Counted from the stretch's first letter, positions 12,766-29,181 are shown. The stretch: 64,000 nucleotides of DNA from Octopus vulgaris (GCA_951406725.2 OX597834.1:4960001-5024000), one strand, 5' to 3'. Notes: a model not told the origin generated them from the letters alone. Numbers and translations: made by a program.

Positions 12766-14158
12766 ATAACGTGAAGCTACTGGTTTAACATTAGTGTATC
12801 CTTCTTGAAGTATGCTGTGACAACAGCTAAGGAACCCTCACACCAACTGGTTTTATGGCGTTCATCGTCTAGAAAACTATGGAAGTGAAAGTGCTTTCCA
12901 ATTTACCAAATGCTTCTGACATACTGACAGCTACAACGAAGGAACCACTGCCTGTGTTCGAATGCTGCATAAACAAATTATGAGATGCAAAAGTACCACA
13001 CAATAAAACACACTACACATATTCTTCTACAATACGAGAGCCACTTTTAAATGCTTGAAACTGTTTAGCTAGCAACAAGCTAAAAGGTCAGAAAAAAAAG
13101 CAATGCATGTTTTGAATGAGATATCCTTCTATCATCTGTATTGATATACACGCGTAAACACACAGCAATATGCAGATTCACTTTGCACATTACTGACTCC
13201 AGAATTTACCCACTGTTTTATAGACTTTGATTACAACAATCATTCCCTCCTCCAAGTGGTATTGGAATTTTGTCTGCGACGATTAGATCAACTGGTTATC
13301 GCTAACAGCTCTCTGGTTATGACACGTACAAGAAGACCCGTAGACTAATGAATGACACATAGGTATATAAACATCAATATAATCAGTATATCAACTCAAT
13401 CTTATAGTTAGTATTACAGATGAATGTTATCAGGCATTTTTAATTCCAATGGCGAGGCGGCGAGGTGACAAAATCGGTAGATCGTCGGAAACTGCGCCGT
13501 CAATTTTGCCTTTCATCTATCTAAGGTGGATGAAATAAAATATACTAGCGTTGATGAAAATGACTAGCACCCACCACACAAAATTGCTAAGATTGTTTTC
13601 TAAAATTAGAAGCCATTATTATTCGCAATAACTCATGGCGAACAACACCGTTGTATTGGTCACAATCAAAAGAAATGAAGTTTATTACTCCGAACAACCT
13701 CGTCAATGTTACTTATCGATCCTTTATTTTTTTGAACGTTCGTTGTATTCAAGGAAATTGTTTGCTTTCATATTCTTATTCAAATTATAGTGAGGTTTAT
13801 AATATTTAAATTCATTTGAATTCTTCTGACGCAAGCTATGTTATAAATAGACAATTTATATAAAATATAATTAATAGAACATTTTGAATACTGAAGGCAA
13901 GTTGATGTGTGTGTTATAGTTCTTGCCCTCTTCAGGAGTGTAGATATTATGACTACAGGCATAAACTGAACTGACCACATTTCTATTGTTGGATGGCTTC
14001 CTCTACAGATATTTAGGAATATCTCTGGTAAGCATGGGAATTTCATTTAGTGTTCAGGAAAGGTAATAACATGTTCTTTATGCTCTGAGCGTATGAATAA
14101 GCTTCAGCAAGATATCTTTATGTAATTTCTAAACTTTGATTAATTTTGAGCACCGGTA

Positions 14159-14260
<102 letters not shown>

Positions 14261-14283
14261 AAGATAGATATATAATATATATA

Positions 14284-15544
14284 CAGGGTGTCCCAAAAAT
14301 GTATACACACTTCAAATAATTGTAAAGTAGGTGTTTATTAAAATTCATTTCATTTTCGAATTTTAATACGATCTACAGATAGTCTTTTGTTTTTTCAACG
14401 CCTGGTTTCAAACTGACATCCGTTCTGGTCAGGGCACTGCTTACAACACGAAGCAATGGAATCGCAAACATCACGAAAGAATTCGTTTGGTAATTGTCTG
14501 CATTCTCATTCAATGGCTGCTCTCAAATCAGCGACTGTTGCCTGTTTCATTGCGTAGACTTTGTATTTTAGGTATCCCCATAAAAATGTCTAGTGGTATG
14601 AGGTCTGGTGAACGCAGAAGGTATTCAACGAAATCCTTTCGTCCAATCCAACTGTTTGACAAGATCTCATCAAGGAAGTATCTAACATTGCGATGGAAGT
14701 GTGGCAGTTACCCATCTTGCTGAAAACAAAACTCCTCATCTTCAAAGTCTTCTCTAATGCTTGGCATAACAGACTGTTGCAGCAAGTTCAACTAAATGGG
14801 ACCAGTCACAGCAGCGTCAAAAAGGAATGGTCCAATTAATACTCTTAATGATAAGCTACACCACACTGTAACTCCTGACAAATTAACATGGTATTCCACC
14901 ATAACATGCGGTTTCTCAGATCCCAGTAGGAGCACATGTGGTAGTTAATTGAACCATTTAATTTGAATGTGGTATCATCACTCCACACAGACTTTGTTGG
15001 AAAGTGTGCATCTTCTACACATCGTGCCAAGTACCACTCGCAATACTGCACTCTTCGGTCTGGACCATCGTCATTAGTAGCATGGACTAATCTTGGAATG
15101 TAACTTTTCCTTTGGCAACGCTTCAAAATGCATTGGACAGACGATTTTGAAATACCTCTATCACGACTCGACTGCCGCACAGAATATTCTTGGACTTTGG
15201 TGATACGTTTCCAGCACACCTTCTTGCTTCGTTGGGGTTGTCGATGCTCGTGGTCTTCCGGAACGGTTCTTGTGGACATTCTGAACAGTTCCATCGGCTT
15301 CATACTTACCTCTAATATTAGTGATGGGAAGTCGCTTTGGTGGAACTGATTGAAACTCGCTCGTACACTGTGTTTGCACTTCAACTGCGTTTTCTCACTT
15401 CCAGTAGCATTTTAGAATGGCTTTCCTTTGTTCAAAGATTACTCTGACTGCCATCGTTTCTTCCAATGGGTTTAATCTGGAAAGAAAACAGCCTCACTTG
15501 AGTTATTAGCTGCTAAAGTGTGTATACATTTTGGGGAACACACA

Positions 15545-15547
<3 letters not shown>
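14284..15547 (-). mobile_element. Full-length degenerate Tc1/mariner element, DD41D (rosa/Visitor-type)
   Basis: TIRs cagggtgtcccaaaaatgtatacacact / agtgtgtatacattttggggaacacacactg with TA flanks; [21 protein letters not shown]...RSGRPR...[11 protein letters not shown]...FQQDG*LPH...RSPDLIPLD; 41 residues counted between the second and third Asp. Confidence 0.92.
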
Positions 15548-15603
<56 letters not shown>

Positions 15604-15868
15604 TGCGTTAATTGTGCATCTGTATACATCTTTATTACTACGAGTGTATGATTATATCCGAGCAAATACAGGAAGAGATATATTGATTATAATGAATATT
15701 GAAGTGCAAATATGTGTAGGATCTCATTATTATGTACTTCGTAGATGCTAAATGTAAAATAATGAAAATTTTGTTTCGGGAACGCTTTGCTGTAATATAG
15801 AAAAAATGAAAAAAAAGCGACTGTAATTCATTCTTAATATGTGTTGGGTTATCATATATCAACTACGA

Positions 15869-16075
15869 AGGCGTCAAGCTGGCAGACGCATTGGTGCGCC
15901 TCGCAAAGTGCTTAGCGGCAGTTCTTCTGGCTTTACATTCTGAGCTCAATTTCACCGAAGTCGGCTTTTCCTTTCATCTTTTGGGATCGATAAAATAATT
16001 ATCAGAAGCGCACTTAAGTCGATGTAAATGACCAACTCCCTTACTGCAAATAGCATGCTTTTTGCTTCAATTAGA
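15869..16075 (+). mobile_element. Old Meta-domain SINE
   Basis: aagctggcagacgc...cctttcatcttttgggatcgataaaat; diverged from younger copies. Confidence 0.6.
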
Positions 16076-16214
16076 AAAGATGATGTATCAGCTGAGAGCC
16101 TTGTTTCTAAACTGGAATTTGAACCAACCAAGCACTAGAAAATATTTGTTATATGAAATCTGTTGGTTCAAACAAAACATACAGATTTTTAAAATATATA
16201 TTCTGTAAATATAT

Positions 16215-16386
16215 AGGCGCAGGAGTGGCTGTGTGGTAAGTAGCTTGCTAACCAACCACAAGGTTCCGGGTTCAGTCCCACTGCGTGGCATCTTGGGCAA
16301 GCGTCTTCTGCTATAGCCCCGGGCCGACCAATGCCTTGTGAGTGGATTTGGTAGACGGAAACTGAAAGAAGCCTGTCGTATATATG

Positions 16387-16421
<35 letters not shown>

Positions 16422-16634
16422 TTGTGTGTCTGTGTTTGTCCCCCTAGCATTGCTTGACAACCGATGCTGGTGTGTTTACGTCCCCGTCACTTAGCGGTTC
16501 GGCAAAAGAGACCGATAGAATAAGTACTGGGCTTACAAAGAATAAGTCATGGGGTCGAGTTGCTCAACTAAAGGCGGTGCTCCAGCATGGCCGCAGTCAA
16601 ATGACTGAAACAAGTAAAAGAGTAAAGAGAGTAA
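16215..16634 (+). mobile_element. tRNA-derived CORE-like SINE with internal (TA)(TG) tract and CR1-like tail
   Basis: A-box tggctgtgtgg, B-box-like ggttcagtccc, cttgggcaag core, tail ggtgctccagcatggccgcagtcaaatgactgaaac with gtaaaaga repeats. Confidence 0.88.
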
Positions 16635-17115
16635 TATAAGAAATCTAAGTTAACTTGAATTGGTTTTCATATCTATGTAATACTTATGGAGTTCTTTCGG
16701 AACCACAAGCGTTAAGTAATACCCAATTCATTCATCGATCCATTCGATCCCTCAAGGAAGCAGTTAAGCGGAAGGAGGCTAAATAAATTGGACGTTGCTC
16801 TGCTCACCACTTTAAAACTGATTATCAGACATATTGGCGACGTCCTATATCAATTGTTTCTAGTTAAAATCGCCCTACCACTAACTATAATTGACGCAAT
16901 CAACAATGTTTTAACCCTAAAGTTGCTGACAGATATCTTATCTGCACTAGCGAGTTGCCTAATGGCATATTTTGTTATTTACTCAAACGAGTAGACAAAT
17001 ACGAGCCGTTTGGATTATATTTTCCGACATTTGGCACTCGAATCTATAAACATAGGAGGAGGAGAAAAACTAAATGCCTATCAATGTACTGAATATAGAT
17101 TGATCTACGTGCACG

Positions 17116-17187
<72 letters not shown>

Positions 17188-17216
17188 ATATGTATGTATG
17201 TATGTATATATGTATG

Positions 17217-17270
<54 letters not shown>

Positions 17271-17549
17271 TGATATATATATGCTTGTGTATATACACAG
17301 ACACATATATGCATATTTATATTATGCGTGTGTCTCTCTCTCGTTCTCTCTCTCTTTTTCTATCTATAAACATGTATATTGCTTATATGTACTTGTGTAC
17401 TCTTACACTATAAGTCCGAAGCATTAGGGTGAATGTTAATTTTATTAGCTTCACATATCAGATGTTAACATACACAGTATCTCGGAAAGTAGTGGCTTAT
17501 CAGGCGTTTTACTGTTAGTTCCATTCCTCTCTCTCTCTCTGTCTCTCTC

Positions 17550-17578
<29 letters not shown>

Positions 17579-17585
<7 letters not shown>

Positions 17586-17997
17586 TGGAAAATCCTGGAG
17601 GGTCTTGTCCCAAACTTTGGCATTCAAAGTTACTCCAACCGCAGAACGGGGCGCCGCTGCGTGGTGCCAAGGATTCTAACATCACCATCAAAATACAGGT
17701 CCAGATACTGCAACAGCTTGGGTTTCAGAGGACCACAGCTCTTTAACATCCTCCCTAAATGCCTGAGAGACTTACATGGTGTGGATGTGGGTTTCTTTAA
17801 AACTAAACTGGATCTCTTCTTGTTGGGAGTCACAGATGAACCTACCTCACGACAGGAGACACGGATGCGGGCAGCAGCATCGAACTCCCTTGTTGATCAA
17901 GTGCCACGTATCAGAGGTGGATTCACAAACTAGTGTAGCTCATTCAGGCGGTGGTGCCCCAGCATGGCCGCGGCCTTCGGGCTAAAACATTTTTTTT
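17579..17997 (+). mobile_element. CR1/Jockey-group LINE 3' fragment (ORF2 C-terminus + 3' UTR)
   Basis: Open frame YIWKILEGLVPN...RTGRRC...NSLGFRGPQLFNILPKCLR...FKTKLDLFL...DEP...RAAASNSLVDQ, stop at 17933. Confidence 0.88.
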
Positions 17998-18014
17998 AAG
18001 GATTTATACATATA

Positions 18015-18342
<328 letters not shown>

Positions 18343-18363
18343 GAATATATATATATATATATG

Positions 18364-18422
<59 letters not shown>

Positions 18423-18425
<3 letters not shown>

Positions 18426-18532
18426 GGTGTAAACACATAAATGTGAAACAAGGTGGAAAAAAAGAGTACTCAAATACCAGAGGTAGAGTAATATGCTTTA
18501 TTTAAATCAGCAGAAAATTCTACAAAACCTGT
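18423..18532 (-). mobile_element. pLTR-like fragment, same family as 2311-2492
   Basis: Reverse-complement match to 2385-2492; (TA)n flanks. Confidence 0.7.
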
Positions 18533-19249
18533 TTTCATATACATATATATATATATGTATATGTATATATGTTTATATATGTATATATGTATATATATTA
18601 TATATGTACGTACACAGATGCACATGTCTCTCAGTGTTAAAATTTTGTCAGCGTTCTGCTGAGTGTGCGGTTGCTTGCAGGCATTTAGTTGCACCTACAC
18701 AATTTTGATATAGATGTAATACTGTAAACGAATCCTAATATATATAATTAGATGCAAAGTATATTTATGCGCATCTATGCATTAGTACATTAGGAAAATA
18801 TTTTTATGTATTCGGCATTTTATCAAAACATACTCACACACATTAACGAACATATAGACGCACACACATACACATTAAAAAGCTTATACCTACACATACA
18901 CTAATGCATACCGGCACGTGCTTCATGTAAAACAAAAAATTAAAATGCAGACCACAAAAACGTCGAAAATAGGGTTTTGAATTGCGGGATGTGTATGCCA
19001 ACAAATGTAAAGCTATTACTGAACGCTCCGGCGCAAACACACGGATGTATACACGTAACCCAAAAATTTTAGCGCAGCATGGGATTTAATTTCTATGTAA
19101 ATTTAAATGATAATATCCTTATGAATATATGTATATATGTGAATACTGTTAAGCGTCTGCTGAATATATACTTGAATGTGAATATTGATTAGCTTCGCAT
19201 ACAGGAAAAAAAATCACATCATACATGAACATACGTGTGTGTATATATG

Positions 19250-19291
<42 letters not shown>

Positions 19292-19360
19292 TTGTATACA
19301 TGCATTCAGTTCGACGTATATCATTTAATATATCTATATCTATCTATCAATCTATCTATC

Positions 19361-19412
<52 letters not shown>

Positions 19413-19650
19413 TTTACAAGGACCCACACACGCGTGCGCACAAACATACACACACTCATATATGTCATAAATTGATTTCACGTCATTTTTGTAAACACAG
19501 AAACAATTTCTTTATATTTGATTCCCTCTTACGTGTGGTATGTGATCAGAATAATTCTGCGCATATATAGCGCTCATGAAACCACACACACACACACACA
19601 TGCCTACACTTATACACATATACACATATACACGTACACACACACGTGTG

Positions 19651-19704
<54 letters not shown>

Positions 19705-19807
19705 TAAATTATATATATATAAATTATAATAATAACAATTTGAGGGAATATTATTTCTAACTTACAAGGAAAAATCCAATTTAGAAATACCAAATCAAAT
19801 TTCACAA

Positions 19808-19840
<33 letters not shown>

Positions 19841-19845
<5 letters not shown>

Positions 19846-20061
19846 TAGAAAAAACACCTTTTATCAATTCAAAATGAACAATTAAATTACACCATCTAGA
19901 AAATTACATATAATAGAAATATAAGCAGTAAAATAACAAAAATATTAATAATATTAATATTATTGTTATTATAATTTTTATATTTCTATTATATGTATTT
20001 TTCTAGATGGTATAATTTAATTTGTTCATTTTGAATTGATAAAAGGTGTTTTTCTAATTTA
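19841..20061. repeat. ~220-bp palindrome inside (TA)n
   Basis: taaattagaaaaaacaccttttatcaattcaaaatgaac... pairs with ...gttcattttgaattgataaaaggtgtttttctaattta. Confidence 0.88.
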
Positions 20062-20093
20062 TATATATATATATATATACACACTCACACACA

Positions 20094-20166
<73 letters not shown>

Positions 20167-21158
20167 TGTATGTATATAAAACCTACTTCATCATATATTC
20201 GTAATTTTGGCGGAGAAGATTTAAAGGAAGTCTGGTTGTCGTCTGGATGAGAATATTTAGGTCACCATATATCAATTAGAGTCTCTAAGTTGTGTCAAGT
20301 ATTCTAGTAAGATGATTTCTGCCAGTGTTTGCTCTGGCAGATGATGAGATTCCGGCATCATTTTGTCAAAATCCGTGACTGCATTCTCGCTACCATTAAC
20401 TACGATAGCAAAGAGCTTCAGGATCGTAACAATGTCAGGGCACAGTCTCTGTTATTGACTAGTTTTGCGTTATTGAGAATGAGGTATTGACTTCTACAGG
20501 AGGTAAATTACAGTAATTAGCAACCTCGACACCTGAAAATTTATGAACGCTAAACACTTCTATTTTACATTATCGCTACTTCTTATTATTTGACTTACCC
20601 GTGGGAAACTAAAAGAGAGCCTTTGCTTTTCAGGTGCTTTTTTTTGTCCTGGTCACACTAATAAATATACACCTCAGAGCTTGGCCTCGTTCATAATAGC
20701 CTGGCAACCTGAAACCATATGAGCGACCACGCCATCGACAAAAACGTAGAAACATGCTCAAGTCATTCGGATGAACGATAACTGTTATTATACACATTAT
20801 ATTATAAAAGAGAAACTGAACTCTGTATGTACGTAACAACGTCTGTGTAGAGAGATGGAAGACATGGAGGAGTCAAGAATCACCCTTGTTACAACGAATA
20901 TTTAGGAGGTAAGAAGGTGAGGAGAGAAGGGGAGGGTAAAGTTGTTGTTGAGAGAGAAATACAGTGAAAGAGAAAGAGAAAGAGAGAGAGAGAGAGTATG
21001 TGTGTGTGTGTATGAAAGATAGATAGATAAACAAAAAGACAGATAAATAGATAGATATTGTTGTCACCATAGTAACTAACACGTTTTGATTAGAAATGAG
21101 GGAATTTTAAGTACAAATCTGTTGACACAACGCAACACTTAAAAGATAACTATATGTG

Positions 21159-21273
<115 letters not shown>

Positions 21274-21838
21274 CATTATGGCTATGTGTTAGTTCTTTGG
21301 GTGAGTGCAGCGTGTGTATATTTTTGTGTGTGTATGTGTGTGAATGTATGTGTATGTATGTGAGTGTGTGAGTGTGAGTTTTTGTGTGTGAAATAATTAA
21401 GAATTATTTCATTGTAGTGTAAGGATCCATTTCACGTTGAAAAGGTCGTTACTCGGCAGCGTAGGGGTGGACGTCCACTCGTTTATTTTAATTCTTTCTT
21501 GGCGCAAGACTTGGCGACGAAACAGACACGTGTTGCTTTCATCGCACTCTTCGTTGTGATTAGCAGCCTCGACCCTGGTATCAGCAGTAGAATATCGAAT
21601 CTACTGGCACGCACAGAGTGCTTTGCAATATAATGCACCGGAAGTATGAAAGGCATAAACACACACACAACACATAGACACAAAGAATGAGCTGTCACAG
21701 AGTTTTCCTCTACCGAGTTCACCCACACAATCTTTAATCGGCCTTAATTTATAGCAGAATATACAGTAGACCATTCGAATCTATATGACTGCTAAGCAAG
21801 CTTCTTAACCACACACCCGAGCTTGCATCTATTGTTTC

Positions 21839-22063
21839 CGAGCTGGCAGAATCGTTAGCACGCCGGGCGAAATGCGTGGCCGTATTTCGTCTGCCGTTAC
21901 GTTCTGAGTTCAAATTCCGCTGAGGTCGACTTTGCCTTTCATCCTTTCGGGGTCGATTAAATAAGTACCAGTTACGCACTGGGGTCGATGTAATCGACTT
22001 AATCCCTTTGTCTGTCTTTGTTTGTCCCCTCTATGTTTAGCCACTTGTGGGCAATAAAGAAAT
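21839..22063 (+). mobile_element. Meta-domain SINE, tail type B
   Basis: Close match to the units at 53971-54570; tail ttgtcccctctatgtttagccacttgtgggcaataaagaaat. Confidence 0.85.
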
Positions 22064-22309
22064 ATATTTTATTTTACCGTGAATGTGTTTGGTGTAATAG
22101 ATTGTATGGAGAACCTCCTAATGATGTTTAGGTCACCTGTTTGATTCTCAGAACTAGGGTTGTGTCCTTGAACAAGTCACTTCATTTCATGATTTTCCAG
22201 TTCATTCATCTGGAAAAAGAACGAGCTGTACATGTAATTCAAAAGGCCAGCCTTGTCAAATTCTGTATTATGCTGCTTTTTAATTTCACGAACAGGCTGG
22301 AGCAATGGG

Positions 22310-22715
22310 AGGGCCTGTTGCACACACATTTACCACATATTATGAATGAGGTGTCTGACGCAGTGAGAAGGCCGAAGAAAGATAGGTCAGCAGAGCCAGG
22401 TCCAATATGGAACGTTGGAGAAAATCATGGAATTTAATAAGCAGTTTTACCTGTTGCCAGCTGGCACTGTCAAAACTGACATTGTAAATCCGTTCAGCAA
22501 AGTGCTGGATGGTGTCATCAATTTCACTGAAGCGGTCTGTGAGAGAGTAACCTGGCGCGCTGCGTCGCGAAAAGAGTATCGTAGGCAAAACAAAGCAATT
22601 CCTCAAAAGGAAGAACTCCGGATACGCGTTAATGAGATGCGATATCTCTCATTCTGGACAAGTCCGCAAGCTTGGTATCCAGGCATTCTGCTGTTGCTTT
22701 AATTAGGATGTGATA
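22310..22715 (-). mobile_element. Degenerate CRE-clade-like non-LTR retrotransposon fragment
   Basis: INAYPEFFLLRNCFVLPTILFSRRSAP...IDDTI...ERIYNVSFDSASWQQVKLLIKF...RSILDLALLTYLSS resembles the post-RT pattern of CRE-like elements as recalled (W.QA.LP...GGLG.RS...LA.PA.LSS). Confidence 0.6.
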
Positions 22716-23528
22716 TGCTATGCGCCTCATGTCTGCAATGAATCTGTTCAACGACTGGGTACATGTTTCAGATAAGTATATAATTGTCTGAAAATACTCT
22801 GATGAATATACACTAATGTAAGTTAATATATGTAAAACAAGCAAAAAAGAAAAAGAAACCTTGTTGCTTAGTGTGCTTTAAATCCGTTATTATTTCATCA
22901 AATGATATCTGTGTTATATTTTATTGTGAAATGAAATTTAAATATGAAGTGACGAAAAATATAGTAATGTAAGTACATTTATATTCACACAAACACACAC
23001 ACACACACACGCACACACGCACACACTCACACACACAGGCACATGCTCACACACACAACACACACATACAGACATATATAAACGTTAAATGGGCCATGAT
23101 GTTTAATTAAATATTTCCGAGTAAATTATACGAGAGTTCATTATTTAAACAAACGTCTGGTAGAAAAGTTTACATCAGATATAGTTAATTTTATAGAAAT
23201 AAGTAAACAAGGTTAAATTTATATACACTGTAGATATTATAGGTAATATACATTAAAATGGAATGAAGCCATATTATTTACATATAACATTAAAAAAAAT
23301 TCAAAGTACGTTAATGAACAACCGATATTAATATATTATGTAATCAATAAAATGTTTTCTGATATAGAAATAAGCGATGACGATATAGAAAATCATATTT
23401 TGTCTACTGAATTATTGTATTCTTCTGAAAGTACGTATTTTCGGATTTAAATCTTTCAGGTTACGGTTTGGAGAAGAGATACGGTATCAACGTATTTACC
23501 ACGCTACATATGCATTATAGTCACCAGA

Positions 23529-23913
23529 GGAGGCGCAATGGCCCAGTGGTTAGGGCAGTGGACTCGCGGTCATAGGATCGCGGTTTCGATTCTCAGACCG
23601 GGCATTGTGAGTGTTTATTGAGCGAAAACACCTAAAGCTCCACGAGGCTCCGGCAGGGAGGTGGGTGGTGGTGAACCCTGCTGTACTCTTTCACCACAAC
23701 TTTCTCTCGCTCTTTCTTCCTGTTTCTCTTGTATCTGTATTTCAAAGGGCCAGCCTTGTCACACTCTGTGTCACGCTGAATCTCCTCGAGAACTACATTA
23801 AGGGTACACGTGTCTGTGGAGTGCTCAGCCACTTGCGCGTTAATATCACGAGCAAGCTGTTCCGTTGATCGTATCAGCTGGGACCCTCATCGTCGCAACC
23901 GACGGAGTGCTCC
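23529..23913 (+). mobile_element. Full-length tRNA-derived SINE (third family), tail 1, with 13-bp TSD
   Basis: A-box tggcccagtgg, B-box gtttcgattc; TSD tatagtcaccaga at 23516-23528 and 23914-23926. Confidence 0.9.
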
Positions 23914-24499
23914 TATAGTCACCAGACTTGGAGCATATGTTTAGCATATTGCATTGCTTCATGTCTCGCATAGGTGTGTTAATAGTGCTATAATAGTATG
24001 TATTATACAAGCAACACTTGTATATATTAGAATGAGGAATAAAACCATAATAAACAGGAATACAAAAGAGAAATAGATGGTCGAACGGAAGTAGTCTAGA
24101 GTCTTTAGTTCACGTTTGCGTTGTTCTTTCCTCTTTTAGATTGTTTTTTATACAAATATCCATACGTATATGTTCAATGGGGATAAAATCATAAATGTAG
24201 AACAAAGGAGAAATAGATCGTTTAAGGGAAGTAATCCATGTTGTTTAGATTTAGACTTGTAAATAATCTTTCGATCACATTTGAATTTTTTTTCTTTAAG
24301 ATTTTTCCTACACTAATGTTCAATACTGTGAAATAGGAAAATAAATGAATAGAAAAATGAATTAATAAAATGATTGAGTAGATAAGCAAAAGCATAAATG
24401 GGCTAACAACAGAAGGTATAAACGGGTCTACATTAATTTTATTTATGTGTGATGGGTATGAATTTATATTTATATGCAGTTGAAATTTGCAGAAAAACA

Positions 24500-24605
24500 A
24501 AAGGTGAAGACAAGTGTTCATACACTGGTAGGTGTATTAGTTTGACGCTCGGGAAAGTGAGAACGTATTTTACTTTTCGAGCTTACGCTCTTCATCAGGT
24601 ATAAA
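24500..24605 (-). mobile_element. Family B hammerhead repeat fragment (motif 24567-24600)
   Basis: Minus strand CTGATGA-a-GAGC gtaa GCTC-GAAA-ag-TA-aaatacg; homologous to 62971-63143. Confidence 0.65.
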
Positions 24606-25911
24606 GTTTCCTGTATAAAGATTTGTGTTAATAAATTTGAGTAAGGCTTTAGAAGTTGTACAAAATGATTATAATTATGAAGTGTCTCGCTTCGAGTACA
24701 TCTTTACAAAAGCTTTGACTGCACATGTGACTTTCGTGTGTTAGGGTGGGGATCTGGCTTTCAATTTACCACTGGAAGCAAAATATTGTGGACAATGTTA
24801 GTTCGTAATAGACTGTCGCTCAAATATGTTATAAGTAGTACTTTATTGTTATGCATTTGACCATCTATTTCCTATGTTACATCACCTTGTGTAAAATTTC
24901 CTTGTCCTGACTTGCACATATGGGTAGTGAGATATTTACACCTTTGGTTTGGTTATATTCCAAGAATGAGTAATTACTATATTGTAGTGACCTAAAGTTT
25001 GCGACAGCTTATACTTCATAAACCATCAATATGTGCTGTCAATAAGTGGTCATATCGGAAGCTGGTATATTGCATTTCCGGAAGAGATATAATAGGATGT
25101 TCAAAGCTCGGAAATGTCTTCGTATATGGAAAAAAAAAAAGTTCTTTTGTTTAGAGAATATTTTCTGGCAGGGTGTACATTTTGAGAAGCTCTGGCTACC
25201 GCATTTTGACTACTTCTTGCTCTCACTGAAAACTTACCTATTCCGCGCTCTTTTAGCTTCTCAGGAAGTTTGATGGCAATGTGAAACTGTATTTCATTCA
25301 AAGGCTAAATAAAAATAAGATACTCAGTTATTCGCTCTTGAGTATGTTTTCGGTAAGACGAATGAATATTGTTTTATCCAAAATGTCGGCATCCAAAATA
25401 TCCGCTTTTCATATGAACACGCTTTCGATGCAATTCTTTTTGGAGGGAGAGTTGGTTGTTAACTAAAATTACGTCAACGAGAAAATGTTTCTGACAATTT
25501 CTTTGATACGGCTATGCATTGGTTATAACAACCACAACTATAGTCGTGGTTTCAATTTTATACTCACTGCTCCTCATAGATCCCGCTGTGTGTATTTTGA
25601 ATGATAGTGATGTAGAGAGTATGGACTCTGTAATGAGACGTTTGAAAGAAGTATATGAAACAGCAAAAAGATTATTCGAAGCAATCGTGCAAAATAGGCT
25701 TTAGAATGCACAAATTAGCCCAGATTGGTGTAGAAATGATACAACCTAATTCTCAAGAAAAGTTCTGAGAGGAGATGGGGAAGCAGGAATCAAACTATGA
25801 GGGTGGTATTTGTTGGGTGGCGTTATTATCCAACAGAAGATAACAACTGGTAGATGAAAACAGGAAAGATCTTGATTCACCTTATACTGATTGTGTACTG
25901 TCTCTTCCGGC

Positions 25912-26125
25912 AAAGTTTGGCGCAAGGCCAGTAACTTCGGGAACGGGAATGAGTCGGTTATATCGACCCCAGTGCGTAACTGGTACTTATTTGTACCGAA
26001 TTCGAAAGGATGACAGGCAATGTCGACTTCAGCAGCAGTTGAACTAAGATTCGTAAAGACAGGACAGATGCAATGCCGCTAAGTATTTTGTCCGGCGTGT
26101 AAACGATTCTGTCAGCTTGCCGCCT
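25912..26125 (-). mobile_element. Meta-domain SINE, tail type A
   Basis: cgaccccagtgcgtaactggtactt...gaaaggatgacaggcaatgtcgac...aacgattctgtcagct. Confidence 0.75.
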
Positions 26126-26609
26126 TTTTTAGTTGATATGAAAAGAAAGAGGTCGTTGCAAATAACAGGCAGAGTTGATGTACTTTCTTATTTCTGTATA
26201 AACAACAGGTTATCAGATGAAGAAAGTTATTGCAAAATACGCCACATTTTCAATAGCGATTTTTCGAGAATGTATATCTTTTGTTCATACCATTCTCTAG
26301 GTTTTCCAATCCTTAGTTTGTAAAACGGATTTGCTAATATATGGTTGTAGTTAATTATCATTTCTCCAGTTCTAAGCGATCCTCTTAGAAAGAAATTTAC
26401 GTTCAGAGATTATACGTACAAATATCTATTCTTTTTTACTGAATGTTTTACACTCAACTGAAGAGTCTTTCTTATCTATGTCTTTCATTACGTATGCAGC
26501 TCTGCCTTCTTTATCTTCCGAAGCCTGAATCAAGTCAAGTGTCTCTTTCTATAGCACTCATTTTTTTCAGTCACTGAAATGAATTATGATACGAATATCA
26601 TTCAGTATA

Positions 26610-26657
<48 letters not shown>

Positions 26658-26691
26658 AACACACACACACACACACGCATATATATATACA

Positions 26692-28557
<1,866 letters not shown>

Positions 28558-28569
28558 TGTTATATATAT

Positions 28570-28990
28570 GTGGTTGTGTGGTAAGTAGCTTGTTTACCAA
28601 CCACATGGTTCCGGGTTCAGTCCCACTGCGTGGCATCTTGGGCAAGTGTCTTCTACTATAGCCTCGGGCGGACTAAAGCCTTGTGAGTGGATTTGGTAGA
28701 CGGAAACTGAAAGAAGCCCGTCGTATATATGTATATATATATATATATACGTATGTGCGTGTATATTTGTGTGTCTGTGTTTGTCCCCCTAGCATTGCTT
28801 GACAACCGATGCTGGTGTGTTTATGTACCCGTCACTTAGCGGTTCGGCAAAAGAGACCGATAGAATAAGTACTGGGCTTACAAAGAATAAGTCCCGGGGT
28901 CGAGTTGCTCGATTAAAGGCGGTGCTCCAGTATGGCCGCAGTCAAAATGACTGAAACAAGTAAAAAGTAAATAAAAGAAAAAGAAAAAAA
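28570..28990 (+). mobile_element. CORE-like SINE
   Basis: Near-identical to 16215-16634. Confidence 0.88.
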
Positions 28991-29086
28991 GGAGATACAC
29001 ATGCGTACATGCATACATACATAATTACATATATATATATATATACAGAGAGAGAGAGAGAGAAGGAAAGAGGGAGAGAGAAGTAA

Positions 29087-29117
<31 letters not shown>

Positions 29118-29140
29118 GAGAGGGAGAGAGAAGGAAAGAG

Positions 29141-29177
<37 letters not shown>

Positions 29178-29181
<4 letters not shown>

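Noticed and set aside
23529-23603. tRNA gene-like A/B boxes here and at other SINE heads
   Set aside because: Continue into SINE bodies, some with TSDs; no complete cloverleaf.
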